Positions 1-7,815 of a DNA stretch of 38,115 nucleotides are shown piece after piece. The first letter of the stretch is position 1. Every line of letters starts with the position of its first letter. The notes below the pieces were generated by a model that was not told the DNA's origin, searched no databases, and was given only the letters and a program-made list of their open reading frames with translations. The stretch is taken from assembly GCA_964364875.1 (NCBI GenBank), contig CAYINT010000001.1, positions 1 through 38,115 of the forward strand. The letters run 5' to 3'. A program made the position numbers and the translations under genes. This DNA comes from an uncultured Gammaproteobacteria bacterium. Its GTDB lineage: Bacteria > Patescibacteriota > Patescibacteriia > CAZCGY01.

Positions 1-27
1 GCACAACTGAAACAAAAGAACGCCTTT

Positions 28-306
28 TCAGGCGCCAGAAAGGTAACGGTATCGCAATGGACTAGCGTCAGAATTTTTCCCGCGCGCCTTGCCGCCTCGC
101 CGACCAATCTCTGCCATGTGGCCGCGATTTTTGCTTACAGCTAGCCCGCCCTTGCGTCCTGCGTGTTGGGCTTCTTCAGACGTAAAACGGTGCGCAGAAC
201 CGCGTCCTTGCGCTGTTTGACCGCCTTTGCGCGCTATCTCACGTTGGTGTTCTTGGCTCATCGAAGCGAATCCTCGACGGCTTTTTCCCGATTGCAATAA
301 TTGCAT
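28..306 (-). CDS. KGG-repeat general stress protein (YciG/GsiB-like)
   Basis: 92-aa ORF with repeated ...GFASM..EHQREIARKGG / AGRKGG / GRRGG motifs typical of the KGG stress-induced repeat family. AAGGAGG lies a few nt upstream of the ATG at 306. Confidence 0.8.
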   Translation of the reverse strand: MQLLQSGKSRRGFASMSQEHQREIARKGGQTAQGRGSAHRFTSEEAQHAGRKGGLAVSKNRGHMAEIGRRGGKARGKNSDASPLRYRYLSGA

Positions 307-381
307 TTTCCCCTCCTTGCTTTAATGTTTTGCTCTGTTTTGGGATGGTTTATAAACAACACTTCCCTGGACCGAGAGGCG

Positions 382-409
382 AGTATAGAAAATCCCCCTG
401 TATTCACAA
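382..409 (-). promoter_or_regulatory. Possible sigma70-like promoter for the KGG stress gene
   Basis: On the minus strand: TTGTGA, 16-nt spacer, TATACT, about 76 nt upstream of the ATG. Motif match only. Confidence 0.25.
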
Positions 410-509
410 TAGCAAGCACAGACAATGAAGCAAGCAGAGCATTATCCTTTGCGAACCTTAGCAAATAAATACTTGCTTGTCCACATAGGTTGTTATTTGC
501 GTGAAGAAT

Positions 510-2783
510 CTATACGCGATCTATAATTTGCGCAGCGCGAACAAGTACGTTCCCGTTTTGCACTCTGACGTCATAACGCGTTTGCAAACGTCGGGCAGCT
601 CCCGAAATAACTGCACCGGTTTTCATGTCAAATCGAGATCCATGCCAGGGACAGACAATAACTGTCCCGTCTTCCACGGTTCCTTCACAAAGAGGGCCGC
701 CGGCATGAGAACACACGTTTTCCAGCGCGAAAAACTGTTTATCATGCCTGACCAGGACAAGCTTTTTCCCATTGACTTCAACGCAATGCGGCTGGTCTTG
801 GGTAAATGACGCCACAGCGCCAACTGCTACGAATCCTTCTGAAGTGTCCATTCCTATCAACATATGCTGTCCCCGCGTTTTCCAGCTGCGCAAGCTATAC
901 GCAAACACCGTCAAGACAAATGTTCCACCATAAAAAAACCACAGATACCGCAGATTAGTCGTTTGCACGTCGCTTCCCAAAAACCAGCTATGGACCCAGA
1001 CCGAGACAAAAACAAGATAGTTGGCATAATGAATCCAGCGCCAGATTTTGCGAATGAACGAAAGACGCATGAGCAGCGCCGTTCCCGCCGTCATGATGAT
1101 GAGAGTGAGTTGCACGTAACCAAGCCAGATATAAAGATGCAGCGGTTGCGGAACATATGTCTTTGCGAAGTACGCCGTCAGCCCAACGCCAATCAGAAGA
1201 AGAACGGGGTGGAGGCACGCAAACAGCAAAGCAAATACACCCTCGGCGCGGTGAAAGCGCATAATGCCTGGAAAATATTGTTTTAGCCAATCACGGTTGG
1301 TGCCGATCATCACCTGCGACCAAACAAAAAAGAACGCGTATAATCCGACAAGCGGGAACAATGCATGGCTCAGCGACGTCAATGCCAATCCTGATAAAAA
1401 GGAAAATCCTCCGCGCAGATGGAAAAACGAGTAGCCGGGAACAAGAAAAAGAAAAAACAGTAAAACGGGAATCGCGAATCGTAACAATGGTGTTGTGTTC
1501 TTGGCCGCGTGAGCTTTATTCTTTTCACCGCTTGTTTTTGTCTTTTTATGTTTTGCCGCAATGGGCGTTTTCGGTTTTGATTCCAGCAATGTCATGTTGG
1601 CGCGCCGCAGCGAGAACAATTCTGACGCCGGATGCGGTGTTCCGATAGCAAGCGAGGCAGCGATGGTTCCCGCCAAAGCACCCATCACAATGCCGTTTCC
1701 GGCAAGTCCGCTGACAAAAATTACTTTGTTGCGGTAACGCGGGTGTTCCGTTGCAAACGGAAGCTCATCAGCGCTATCGTAGAGCGTTCCTGTCCAGGCG
1801 TGCGTGATGGAGTAATCGCCGGAAAGGTTCTCGCGCAGAAACCGCTCCAAAGCCGCAAAACGCTTGCCCGCATCGTGTTGTTCATGCGCGGGATGGTCTT
1901 CGCCGCCAAGCATGACGGTCCGTTCATTGACCAAACGAAGATAGTGGTATGGGTGTCCGGTATCCCAAAGCAGGGCATCGGCAAGATTGACGCGTTTTGG
2001 ATATTGCGCAAGAAGCGCATAGGTTTTGACTGGCGAAAAAAGATTCTTTGTTTCAGGCAAAAGTTCTGCCGGAGAACCGGTCGCAAGGATAACCGAAGCG
2101 TTGTGCACTGTGCCGCGTTCCGTTTTCACTTGCACATCCTTTTTGGCTACATTCATGCCGAGGACAGCGGATTCTTCAAACACTCGGATTTTCTTGCCAG
2201 TTTCCGTCGCAAGCAGGCCAAAAAGGAACTTTCGCACATCAAAACGCCCTTCGTCCGGAAAAAGAACAGCCGACTGGGCAGGAGGAAAAACAACGCCGAC
2301 ATCGCTTCCGACATATTCCGCAGGCGTGTTCAGCTGCTTGATGATGCTCCATTCTTTTTGCAAAACGGCGTCATGTTCATCGCAGGAAAAATAGTATGAG
2401 CTGCAGAGATGGAAATCGCAGTCAATGTGTTCTTGTTCAATCAGCGAGAAAAGTTCCCGCTGCATTGCTCGGTTTGCCGCAAGAAGATTCTCGACATAGC
2501 CGACACTGTACTTTTTTACGGTTCCTGAAAGCGAAGAAACATCCGGAATCCGCGTCAGAAAAGCGGTAGAAAATCCGGTTTCGCCGGTTGCAACGCGATT
2601 CTTCTCCAAAAGCACAACATGTTTTCCGGTTTTCGCGAGGTACCATGCTGCGAGAACGCCAACCATGCCGGCTCCGATCACAGTGATGTCGGCATGAACG
2701 TTAGAACGCAGTGGTTTCCAGCGCAATTCATCGGGAACAGAGTCAAACCACGGAGAACTGCGTGTTGGTTTTGTTTCGTCCAT
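510..2783 (-). CDS. Three-module redox protein: FAD-dependent oxidoreductase (DAO-type) + six-helix bis-heme ferric-reductase-like membrane domain + Rieske [2Fe-2S] domain
   Basis: 757-aa ORF. N-terminal Rossmann motif VIGAGMVGV and DAO-like sequence to about aa 390. Lys-rich linker aa 400-430. About six hydrophobic helices at aa 432-632, with His pairs H511/H525 and H585/H598. C-terminal Rieske motifs CSH and CPWH (C691, H693, C711, H714). Confidence 0.85.
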   Translation of the reverse strand: MDETKPTRSSPWFDSVPDELRWKPLRSNVHADITVIGAGMVGVLAAWYLAKTGKHVVLLEKNRVATGETGFSTAFLTRIPDVSSLSGTVKKYSVGYVENLLAANRAMQRELFSLIEQEHIDCDFHLCSSYYFSCDEHDAVLQKEWSIIKQLNTPAEYVGSDVGVVFPPAQSAVLFPDEGRFDVRKFLFGLLATETGKKIRVFEESAVLGMNVAKKDVQVKTERGTVHNASVILATGSPAELLPETKNLFSPVKTYALLAQYPKRVNLADALLWDTGHPYHYLRLVNERTVMLGGEDHPAHEQHDAGKRFAALERFLRENLSGDYSITHAWTGTLYDSADELPFATEHPRYRNKVIFVSGLAGNGIVMGALAGTIAASLAIGTPHPASELFSLRRANMTLLESKPKTPIAAKHKKTKTSGEKNKAHAAKNTTPLLRFAIPVLLFFLFLVPGYSFFHLRGGFSFLSGLALTSLSHALFPLVGLYAFFFVWSQVMIGTNRDWLKQYFPGIMRFHRAEGVFALLFACLHPVLLLIGVGLTAYFAKTYVPQPLHLYIWLGYVQLTLIIMTAGTALLMRLSFIRKIWRWIHYANYLVFVSVWVHSWFLGSDVQTTNLRYLWFFYGGTFVLTVFAYSLRSWKTRGQHMLIGMDTSEGFVAVGAVASFTQDQPHCVEVNGKKLVLVRHDKQFFALENVCSHAGGPLCEGTVEDGTVIVCPWHGSRFDMKTGAVISGAARRLQTRYDVRVQNGNVLVRAAQIIDRV

Positions 2784-2918
2784 AGGATTACAGCATAGCG
2801 CTGTTCAGGATCGTTCGACAAGCCTGCCAGAAAGGAGCAGCGCGGCAAACGTTCAACATACCACCTAACCAGTGATGGTGGGAGGAGCAATGACATAGCC
2901 GAGGAATCGATTCCTCGG

Positions 2919-3611
2919 CTATGGAATGTTCTCCAATGGTTTGACCAGCGCAAGTAATTTTTCCAAAACCACGGGTACGTCGAACGCCTTGTCTCTTGCC
3001 CCGGAAAAATGACCTTTGCCGTGTTCGATGACGATTTCAGAACCCAACGTATCCCGAAAGTCATCTTGATTATCCAGCGGAACCCAAGGATCGTCATCAG
3101 AAAAAATCGCGACGCTTTTTGGCAAATGGATACGCACACGTTCTAGATCAATCGGAGCGCCAAGCCAATGCCGATTTGTTTCCAACTGTTCTGGTTCGTC
3201 TTCAAGGCCTGTGAGGCGTTTGAAGAAGCCGGCGACGAATACTGCGCCGCCGACATGGGTTCCAGCAGGCAGTGTTGCGAGATACCGGGCAATAACTTGG
3301 CAGCCCATGCTGTGGCCGACAAAATATGTTTGCGCGTCCGCTGTTCCTACAGTTTCGGCCAGTTGAGGAACCCACGTCGTGATTCTTGGTTTTCCCGGAT
3401 CTGGAAGTTGTGGAAGAGCAACTAAAAATCCCTGTGATTCCAGCTCCTTTTTCAACCACGGAAACCAGCCATCACGCGGCGAACCGTCCCAGCCGTGGAC
3501 AATAATGACGCGCCTCGTCATCCTCCTTCGTCCCGCGGGGCGGTACTTCGGAGGATTCCGCTTTGCCTGAGAGTCCACGGGCTCCATAAGCGTCAATTGG
3601 CAGAGCTTCAT
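2919..3611 (-). CDS. Alpha/beta serine hydrolase (YdeN/RBBP9-like)
   Basis: RVIIVHGWDGSP start of the fold and a GHSMG nucleophile elbow. The ATG at 3611 forms an ATGA overlap with the upstream stop. The conserved core begins near the alternative ATG at 3521, which has GGAGG directly abutting it, so the start is uncertain. Confidence 0.75.
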   Translation of the reverse strand: MKLCQLTLMEPVDSQAKRNPPKYRPAGRRRMTRRVIIVHGWDGSPRDGWFPWLKKELESQGFLVALPQLPDPGKPRITTWVPQLAETVGTADAQTYFVGHSMGCQVIARYLATLPAGTHVGGAVFVAGFFKRLTGLEDEPEQLETNRHWLGAPIDLERVRIHLPKSVAIFSDDDPWVPLDNQDDFRDTLGSEIVIEHGKGHFSGARDKAFDVPVVLEKLLALVKPLENIP

Positions 3612-3934
3612 AATGTCAGATTTGCATCAATCCCGTCAGGATCGCTGTTTGCGGGAACATCCGCGTTCTTGTTTTCAACAGGTTGCCCTGCGACGGGGTT
3701 TCCATTTGCATCAAGCACCGTTCCGTCCGGCTTTACAGTCGTACCGTCGGGCCTTTCCTGCGTGCCGTCGGGGAGGACAATTGTTCCATCCTTCTTAATG
3801 ATAGAACCGTCCGGCTGCACGATTTCTTTACCGGCCGTATTCACGCCTTGCAGAGACGGAGCGGCCGTACCGCATGCAGCTCCGACAAACAAAACGAGCC
3901 CGATAGTTATGACAAAAGAGAATGGTATGCGCAT
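3608..3934 (-). CDS. Small secreted lipoprotein with six xDGTxxx heptad repeats
   Basis: From the internal ATG at 3934 the product starts MRIPFSFVITIGLVLFVGAAC, a signal peptide plus lipobox-like Cys. It is followed by PDGSIIK KDGTIVL PDGTQER PDGTTVK PDGTVLD ANGNPVA. The longer ORF to 4027 has no signal-like N-terminus. Confidence 0.6.
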   Translation of the reverse strand: MRIPFSFVITIGLVLFVGAACGTAAPSLQGVNTAGKEIVQPDGSIIKKDGTIVLPDGTQERPDGTTVKPDGTVLDANGNPVAGQPVENKNADVPANSDPDGIDANLTL

Positions 3935-3971
3935 TGTGGAAGAAAAAGGATATGCTCGTCGTTCCTCAACG

Positions 3972-3980
3972 ACTATACCA
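3972..3980 (-). promoter_or_regulatory. Possible extended -10 element (TGGTATAGT) for the lipoprotein gene
   Basis: The minus strand reads TGgTATAGT about 38 nt upstream of the ATG at 3934. No good -35 is present. Confidence 0.25.
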
Positions 3981-4048
3981 TAAATCGTGAGCAGAGGACA
4001 GGCAATTCTGTTACTCTGTAGGCGCAAACTCTATGTTGGGCGGAGAGG

Positions 4049-4290
4049 TAACCCTTTAGGCAAAGGGCCAACTCTCAATGCACCTGCTTTGTCGCTCCAT
4101 ACAAAGAGAGCCCGGATTGCTCCGGACTCTCTTTGTTCTCTGCGCTGTTCAACCCTTCTCCCGCCCACTTCTCCATTTCCTAGAAGGCGGGGGGGCCTCT
4201 GCCTTCGCCGAAGCGGCTACGCCCAGACAGGCCGCCGAAAGGCGGTGGCCTGTCTCCCCTCATCTTTTTTTCTTCTCCGCCCAGGGCGGA
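4049..4290 (-). ncRNA. Hairpin-dense GC-rich intergenic segment: candidate small RNA or structured hup 3' UTR
   Basis: Five stem-loops at 4049-4070, 4101-4136, 4160-4191, 4225-4255 and 4276-4290. No credible ORF. Two stems contain positions that are G-U wobbles on the minus strand but A-C mismatches on the plus strand. Confidence 0.3.
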
Positions 4291-4323
4291 TCAGGATCCA
4301 AGATGGGAGAGGGATCAAAGAAA

Positions 4324-4608
4324 TTACAGAATCGCGTCCTTGGCTGCCTTTGCTACGCGAAACTTTACGACAGTTTTTGCAGGAATCTGGATCGTTGCGC
4401 CAGTTGCCGGGTTTCGGCCGGTGCGGGCTGCGCGGTTCTTTTTCACGAGCTTGCCAATGCCCGGAAAGGTAAATTCACCGCTTTTCTTCGTCTCGTCATA
4501 GGCGAGTCCAGTCATGACATCCATAAAACGGATGACGTCCTTGCGTGCCATGCCGGTTTTTTCAGCCAGGGCGTTGAGCAACTGGCTTTTGTTCATACCT
4601 TTTGCCAT
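4324..4608 (-). CDS. hup: HU family DNA-binding protein
   Basis: 94 aa. MNKSQLLNALAEKTG...FTFPGIGKLVKKNRAARTGRNPATGATIQIPAKTVVKFRVAKAAKDA is a full-length match to the HU/IHF fold signature. Confidence 0.93.
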   Translation of the reverse strand: MAKGMNKSQLLNALAEKTGMARKDVIRFMDVMTGLAYDETKKSGEFTFPGIGKLVKKNRAARTGRNPATGATIQIPAKTVVKFRVAKAAKDAIL

Positions 4609-4654
4609 AGTGTTTTTCCTTCGTTTCTTAATGTGTTATACACAACCAAGGAGA

Positions 4655-4663
4655 AGTATAGCA
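4655..4663 (-). promoter_or_regulatory. Possible extended -10 promoter element (TGCTATACT) for hup
   Basis: Minus-strand TGcTATACT lies about 47 nt upstream of the hup ATG, and AAGGA sits 9 nt upstream of the ATG. Motif match only. Confidence 0.3.
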
Positions 4664-4758
4664 GAAAACATACAAAAACGCTAATAAAATCAAGGTATTT
4701 ATCGAGATAGGAAGAACAATAGGGTTACAATGACGATGTGAAAAGAGGAAAAATTCCG

Positions 4759-5262
4759 CTAACCATAGCGCTTTATGGCGTTTTTTCGCCGCATAACCAA
4801 CGTTTTCGGAAGATATGGATTGTGTGGATAATAACGGTATCCAGAACGTAAAAATCCACACTTTTCATACGCTCGTATGGCGCGTGTATTGGATGGTTGA
4901 ACTTCAAGCTTGATGTTGAAAAAACCCCCAATGTTCAACAACAAACGTATTGCCCGCGTGCCGAATCCTTTGTTCCACCATCGAGGTTCGCCAATGACAA
5001 TCTGGGTTTCATACTGATTCCCGCGTCTGGGGATTAGCGCGCAATGCCCGATGGGTTTTCCATTGGCGAGAATGATTCGATGGATGTCCTGTGACGGATT
5101 GATCATCTCGACAACGCGCCGGGCAATCCACCGTTCTGTCGGGACTTTTGGTGATCCACTAGTCAGTTTGCTGATTGCAGGATGACGCCACCAACGAAGG
5201 AAATATGGAAGATCAGTCAATCTGATCGTTCGAAGACGTAATGTTCCGCTTGTTTTGTTCAT
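4759..5262 (-). CDS. GNAT family N-acetyltransferase (RimJ/RimL-like)
   Basis: LRTIRLTDLPYFLRWW..., GFGTRAIRLLL and NTRAIRAYEKCGF are typical acetyl-CoA-binding GNAT motifs. The track start at 5298 is a TTG; the ATG at 5262 is preferred. Confidence 0.8.
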   Translation of the reverse strand: MNKTSGTLRLRTIRLTDLPYFLRWWRHPAISKLTSGSPKVPTERWIARRVVEMINPSQDIHRIILANGKPIGHCALIPRRGNQYETQIVIGEPRWWNKGFGTRAIRLLLNIGGFFNIKLEVQPSNTRAIRAYEKCGFLRSGYRYYPHNPYLPKTLVMRRKNAIKRYG

Positions 5263-5306
5263 AAAGAAAGTGTACTCCCATACCAATTTCCGGTACAATA
5301 GCGATC

Positions 5307-6203
5307 ATGGCCGAGAAACTCAACGCGAAGCAGCGAAAATTCCAGACGGCGATACTCCTCTGGTTTGCTAAACATTGCAGGGATTTGCCGTGGCGAAGAA
5401 CGTGCGATCCATACAAAATTCTTGTTTCGGAAGTCATGCTCCAGCAGACGCAAGTGGATCGCGTTATTCCGAAATACGAAGCGTTTCTGCACAAGTTCCC
5501 GACAGTAAAGAAACTTGCCCGCGCAAAATGTTTCTCCGTCATCAAGCTTTGGTCAGGACTTGGGTACAATAACCGCGCCGTACGGCTCCATCAAGCCGCG
5601 CAGGAAATTGTCAGGCACTATCAAGGTGCATTGCCTCGTTCCATCGAAGCGCTAGAACGTTTACCCGGCATTGGATCATACACTGCGCGAGCAATCCAGG
5701 CGTTTGCGTTTGACCAGCATGTCGCAGCAGTAGATGTGAATCATGCGCGGGTTGTCCGAAGGATATTTTACGGAATCAACATGCCATCGGAAAAAGAACT
5801 TGATGCAGTATGTGTATCCCTTGTTCCCATAAGGGAGGCATATGCCTGGAACCACGCTCTCATGGATTTTGGCGCATTGATTTGCAAAAACCGTCCGCGC
5901 TGTGATATCTGTCCGTTCCGTTCTACCTGCGCCGCATATCCCGATGTGCTCAACGTCACGCGGACAAAAAAGCGAACCACAGAATCATTCTTTGGCTCCA
6001 ACCGGTACTTTCGCGGTAGCATTGTCGAAACATTGCGGAACACTCCCAGATACCGCATAGAATACCGTATGCTTTGGCAAAAAATGAACGGTCAGTATCC
6101 GATTATACTCAAACGGTTCCGCCAACTTATCCATGCGCTCGAGAGCGATCATATCGTTGAAATCACACGCATTCGTTCCCGCAGTTTTGTGCAGTTAGCA
6201 TAG
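5307..6203 (+). CDS. mutY: A/G-specific adenine DNA glycosylase (MutY-like, HhH-GPD with 4Fe-4S loop)
   Basis: SEVMLQQTQV, the HhH motif LPGIGSYTARAI, VDVNHARV, and the Cys cluster C193-x6-C-x2-C-x5-C209. The C-terminal tail is only about 89 aa. Confidence 0.85.
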   Translation: MAEKLNAKQRKFQTAILLWFAKHCRDLPWRRTCDPYKILVSEVMLQQTQVDRVIPKYEAFLHKFPTVKKLARAKCFSVIKLWSGLGYNNRAVRLHQAAQEIVRHYQGALPRSIEALERLPGIGSYTARAIQAFAFDQHVAAVDVNHARVVRRIFYGINMPSEKELDAVCVSLVPIREAYAWNHALMDFGALICKNRPRCDICPFRSTCAAYPDVLNVTRTKKRTTESFFGSNRYFRGSIVETLRNTPRYRIEYRMLWQKMNGQYPIILKRFRQLIHALESDHIVEITRIRSRSFVQLA

Positions 6204-6262
6204 ACAGAGCGACAAAAATGTGCTACGCTTAGGCAAGCAGAGCAGTGATTGTCTTATCGCGC

Positions 6263-7753
6263 ATGGCAAAAGGATCACCGCGCAAGGCGGGAAAAACAAA
6301 AAAAACAATCGAGCAGCCAAACTTCTCCGTATCACCAACGAATCATCGAAGAAAAACGATGCCAATCATTGGTGTTGTTTGCGGTCTTGTTGTTCTCGGC
6401 ATGGCCGGGGCAGTTGCTTATGCGCAGACAACGCATAATCAGATTGTTGTTGGTATCCAGATTGCAGATGTGCCGGTCGGCGGATTGTCCGTAGACCAGG
6501 CGAAAGAAAAGCTTTTTGGCTCCATACAACGTTACCAGGCGCAGGGAGCAACTGTCACGCTTGATTCCATTTCGCAGACCGCGACACTCCAACAACTTGG
6601 CGTCCGTTTTGATGTTGCGGGAACCGTTGACGATGCGTACAAAGTTGGACGTTCCACGAAGATGGATCGATTGGTGCTCCACGTGTTCCAAACGTCATCA
6701 ACGTCAGTTCCATTGCGAGTCACTATTGATCAGACGATGTTCCAAAACTCCATCCGAGAATTTAGCGAAATGCGCAATGTATCCGTGATAGAGCCTTCGC
6801 TGACCATAACTGATGGCAACGTCAGCGTTGTTCCTGGACAGGATGGCATTGCCGTGAGCACGGATGTCACTGCAAACGATATCCGTTCTGCCGCGTCTGC
6901 GCTCCAGGCTGTTCAGATTGCGTTCCAAAGCGCGATAGAACATCCCAAACTCAAAGACGAGGATCTCAACGATGCCAAAATAGTCGCGGAAACGATGATG
7001 AGCGAACCATTGACCCTGACATATGGCAATCGGCGTTTTGCGGTGGGGAGGGATGAATTGCAGCATTGGATTCAGTATGCGTTTGATCCAACAAAGATTG
7101 TCAGCAATCCTCGCGAAGGTATCGTGCTTTCGTTACATCGTGAACTGGCTGGCGCCTATCTTGATTCGCTGAACAGTTCGGTTGGCGTTCCCGCAAAACC
7201 AACGTTTGGTTATGACGCTGAAGTGCTGGGGGAATATGCGTACAAAAATTCCCAGGGCAGGGAAGTGAAGGTGGATGAGACATTAGAAAAAATCCAGCCA
7301 GCGCTGCAGGACGCGTCGCCGCGCAGCGTTGAACTTGTCGTCGGCGCCTCCGATCCGCCAATTGAGAAACTAACAGCTATCGCACCAAAACCGGCAGGAA
7401 AAGTGATTCAAGTTGACGTTGCGCGCCAGGCGCTTCTTGCCTTTGAGGATGGAAAATTGAAGTTCTTTACGCGCGTTTCCACGGGCAAACGCGGGTATGA
7501 AACCCCGACCGGCGAATGGAAAATTTACAACAAAACGCGGATTCAGCGCATGGTTGGCCAGGGGTATAATCTTCCCAATGTGAAATGGGTCATGCCCTAC
7601 AACGGCGATTACACGCTGCACACGGCGTATTGGCACAATGATTTTGGTATTCCCAAAAGCCACGGATGTACGAATATTGCCGAAGCTGATGCAAAATGGC
7701 TGTTTGATTGGGCGGAAGTAGGAACGCCGGTGGTGGTGATGAAGAGTGTGTAG
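6263..7753 (+). CDS. Membrane-anchored L,D-transpeptidase (YkuD domain) with N-terminal peptidoglycan-binding/VanW-like region
   Basis: C-terminal YkuD signature ...YTLHTAYWHNDFGIPKSHGCTNI. TM helix PIIGVVCGLVVLGMAGAVAYA. The track start at 6245 is a GTG; the ATG at 6263 is preferred, and the ATG at 6359 is also possible. Confidence 0.85.
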   Translation: MAKGSPRKAGKTKKTIEQPNFSVSPTNHRRKTMPIIGVVCGLVVLGMAGAVAYAQTTHNQIVVGIQIADVPVGGLSVDQAKEKLFGSIQRYQAQGATVTLDSISQTATLQQLGVRFDVAGTVDDAYKVGRSTKMDRLVLHVFQTSSTSVPLRVTIDQTMFQNSIREFSEMRNVSVIEPSLTITDGNVSVVPGQDGIAVSTDVTANDIRSAASALQAVQIAFQSAIEHPKLKDEDLNDAKIVAETMMSEPLTLTYGNRRFAVGRDELQHWIQYAFDPTKIVSNPREGIVLSLHRELAGAYLDSLNSSVGVPAKPTFGYDAEVLGEYAYKNSQGREVKVDETLEKIQPALQDASPRSVELVVGASDPPIEKLTAIAPKPAGKVIQVDVARQALLAFEDGKLKFFTRVSTGKRGYETPTGEWKIYNKTRIQRMVGQGYNLPNVKWVMPYNGDYTLHTAYWHNDFGIPKSHGCTNIAEADAKWLFDWAEVGTPVVVMKSV

Positions 7754-7779
7754 TTCCGATTTTCAATCCAGCTTTTTCA

Positions 7780-7815
7780 TAGCGGCGATGGTGCCATCGC
7801 CGCTATAGATTTTTG
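7780..7815 (+). terminator. Rho-independent terminator of the L,D-transpeptidase gene
   Basis: Perfect GC-rich inverted repeat TAGCGGCGATGG / CCATCGCCGCTA, followed by TAGATTTTTG, 27 nt after the stop. The flank on the other side is A-rich, so it works only on the plus strand. Confidence 0.6.

Noticed and set aside
501-2399. Several plus-strand ORFs (102, 140, 95, 255 and 122 aa) opposite the 757-aa redox gene
   Set aside because: All are antisense to a motif-rich long ORF, and their products are basic and low in complexity. No independent support exists.
4225-4271. Plus-strand rho-independent terminator (hairpin 4225-4255 followed by a run of seven T)
   Set aside because: There is no credible plus-strand gene upstream. 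The T-run starts about 10 nt after the stem rather than abutting it. The structure is treated as part of the minus-strand structured region instead.
3987-4710. Plus-strand ORFs of 161 aa (3987-4472) and 210 aa (4078-4710)
   Set aside because: The products are Arg/Cys/Leu-rich and low in complexity, with no recognisable motifs. They run antisense through the well-supported hup gene and through the hairpin-dense GC-rich spacer. They are most likely chance open frames.
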